From Trichosphaerium sp. ATCC 40318 (Eukaryota; Protista; Tubulinea), in NCBI GenBank assembly GCA_038496445.1, contig JALMLS010000232.1, positions 1-64,000 of the forward strand: a stretch of DNA of 64,000 bases, read 5' to 3'. Within the stretch, counting starts at the first letter, position 1. Every line of letters begins with the position of its first letter. This document shows positions 63,657 through 64,000 of the stretch, in pieces. The position numbers and the translations under genes are program-made. The notes under the pieces were generated by a model. That model was given only the letters and a program-made list of their open reading frames with translations, was not told the DNA's origin and did not search any database.

Positions 63657-64000
63657 TTATTTACAAAAGCTGCGACGAGGTGCCACACTGGTTTTTATGC
63701 GCTTGATGTTATTGCGTAGCTTACGGTATCACCAGCACTTTCAATCTTTTTACCGCCATCAGGGAACCTCTCACCGCGTTCAGGTAGTCTATAATCGATA
63801 CCTTCTTCAGTACAAAGTGAACGTACGTGTTCCACGTGATCGTAAATATAAGTGCCTAATAACAAGCATTAGATAAAAAGACACATGAAGTAATAAACAG
63901 TTTGAACAAGGCTCATGAAAAAAAAAATGGAAAAACAAAGTACCTCCAAGCCAAGTTGGTATGTTCCATATTGGGATATGTGCAGTCAGACTTTTAGTTT
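63657..64000 (-). CDS. 3' end of an unknown gene continuing beyond the window
   Basis: Open exon LCTEEGIDYRLPERGERFPDGG...SFCK* preceded by an intron. Confidence 0.5.

Noticed and set aside
1-64000. U12-type (RTATCCTT) introns and a contiguous endogenous giant-virus insertion
   Set aside because: No such donor was found on a coding strand at an exon boundary. No NCLDV core genes were seen, and the virus-like repeat genes are scattered among host genes.

Overview
Compact, AT-rich eukaryotic genomic DNA using the standard genetic code. Introns are many and short, mostly about 30-120 nt, with donor consensus GTAC(G). An amoebozoan-like protist is inferred from the Cbl/Shk-type SH2 proteins, the EDR1-type kinase and the secreted glycosidases. 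The window opens in the 3' end of a defective Ty3/Gypsy element with its 3' LTR. It carries intron-rich genes for an NMNAT-like enzyme, a SNAP-25-like SNARE, an mS23-like protein, GH3, GH81, hemE, pyruvate kinase and Pol kappa. Interspersed are about nine F-box-like genes (mostly intronless LRR or MORN arrays), two MITE copies and an atypical tRNA. The most striking signal is in the ankyrin-EDR1-kinase gene. The loop between its first two ankyrin repeats appears to be encoded by five 3-nt (one-codon, phase-0) microexons plus one 15-nt microexon, which could give combinatorial variation of a binding loop. Other notable items are frequent GC-AG introns, a Rho GTPase lacking the P-loop lysine, an F-box/Cbl-TKB fusion, LRR arrays variable at the concave face, an inverted F-box-MORN duplication and strong CACGTG enrichment. 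All gene models were spliced by eye and lack RNA support.
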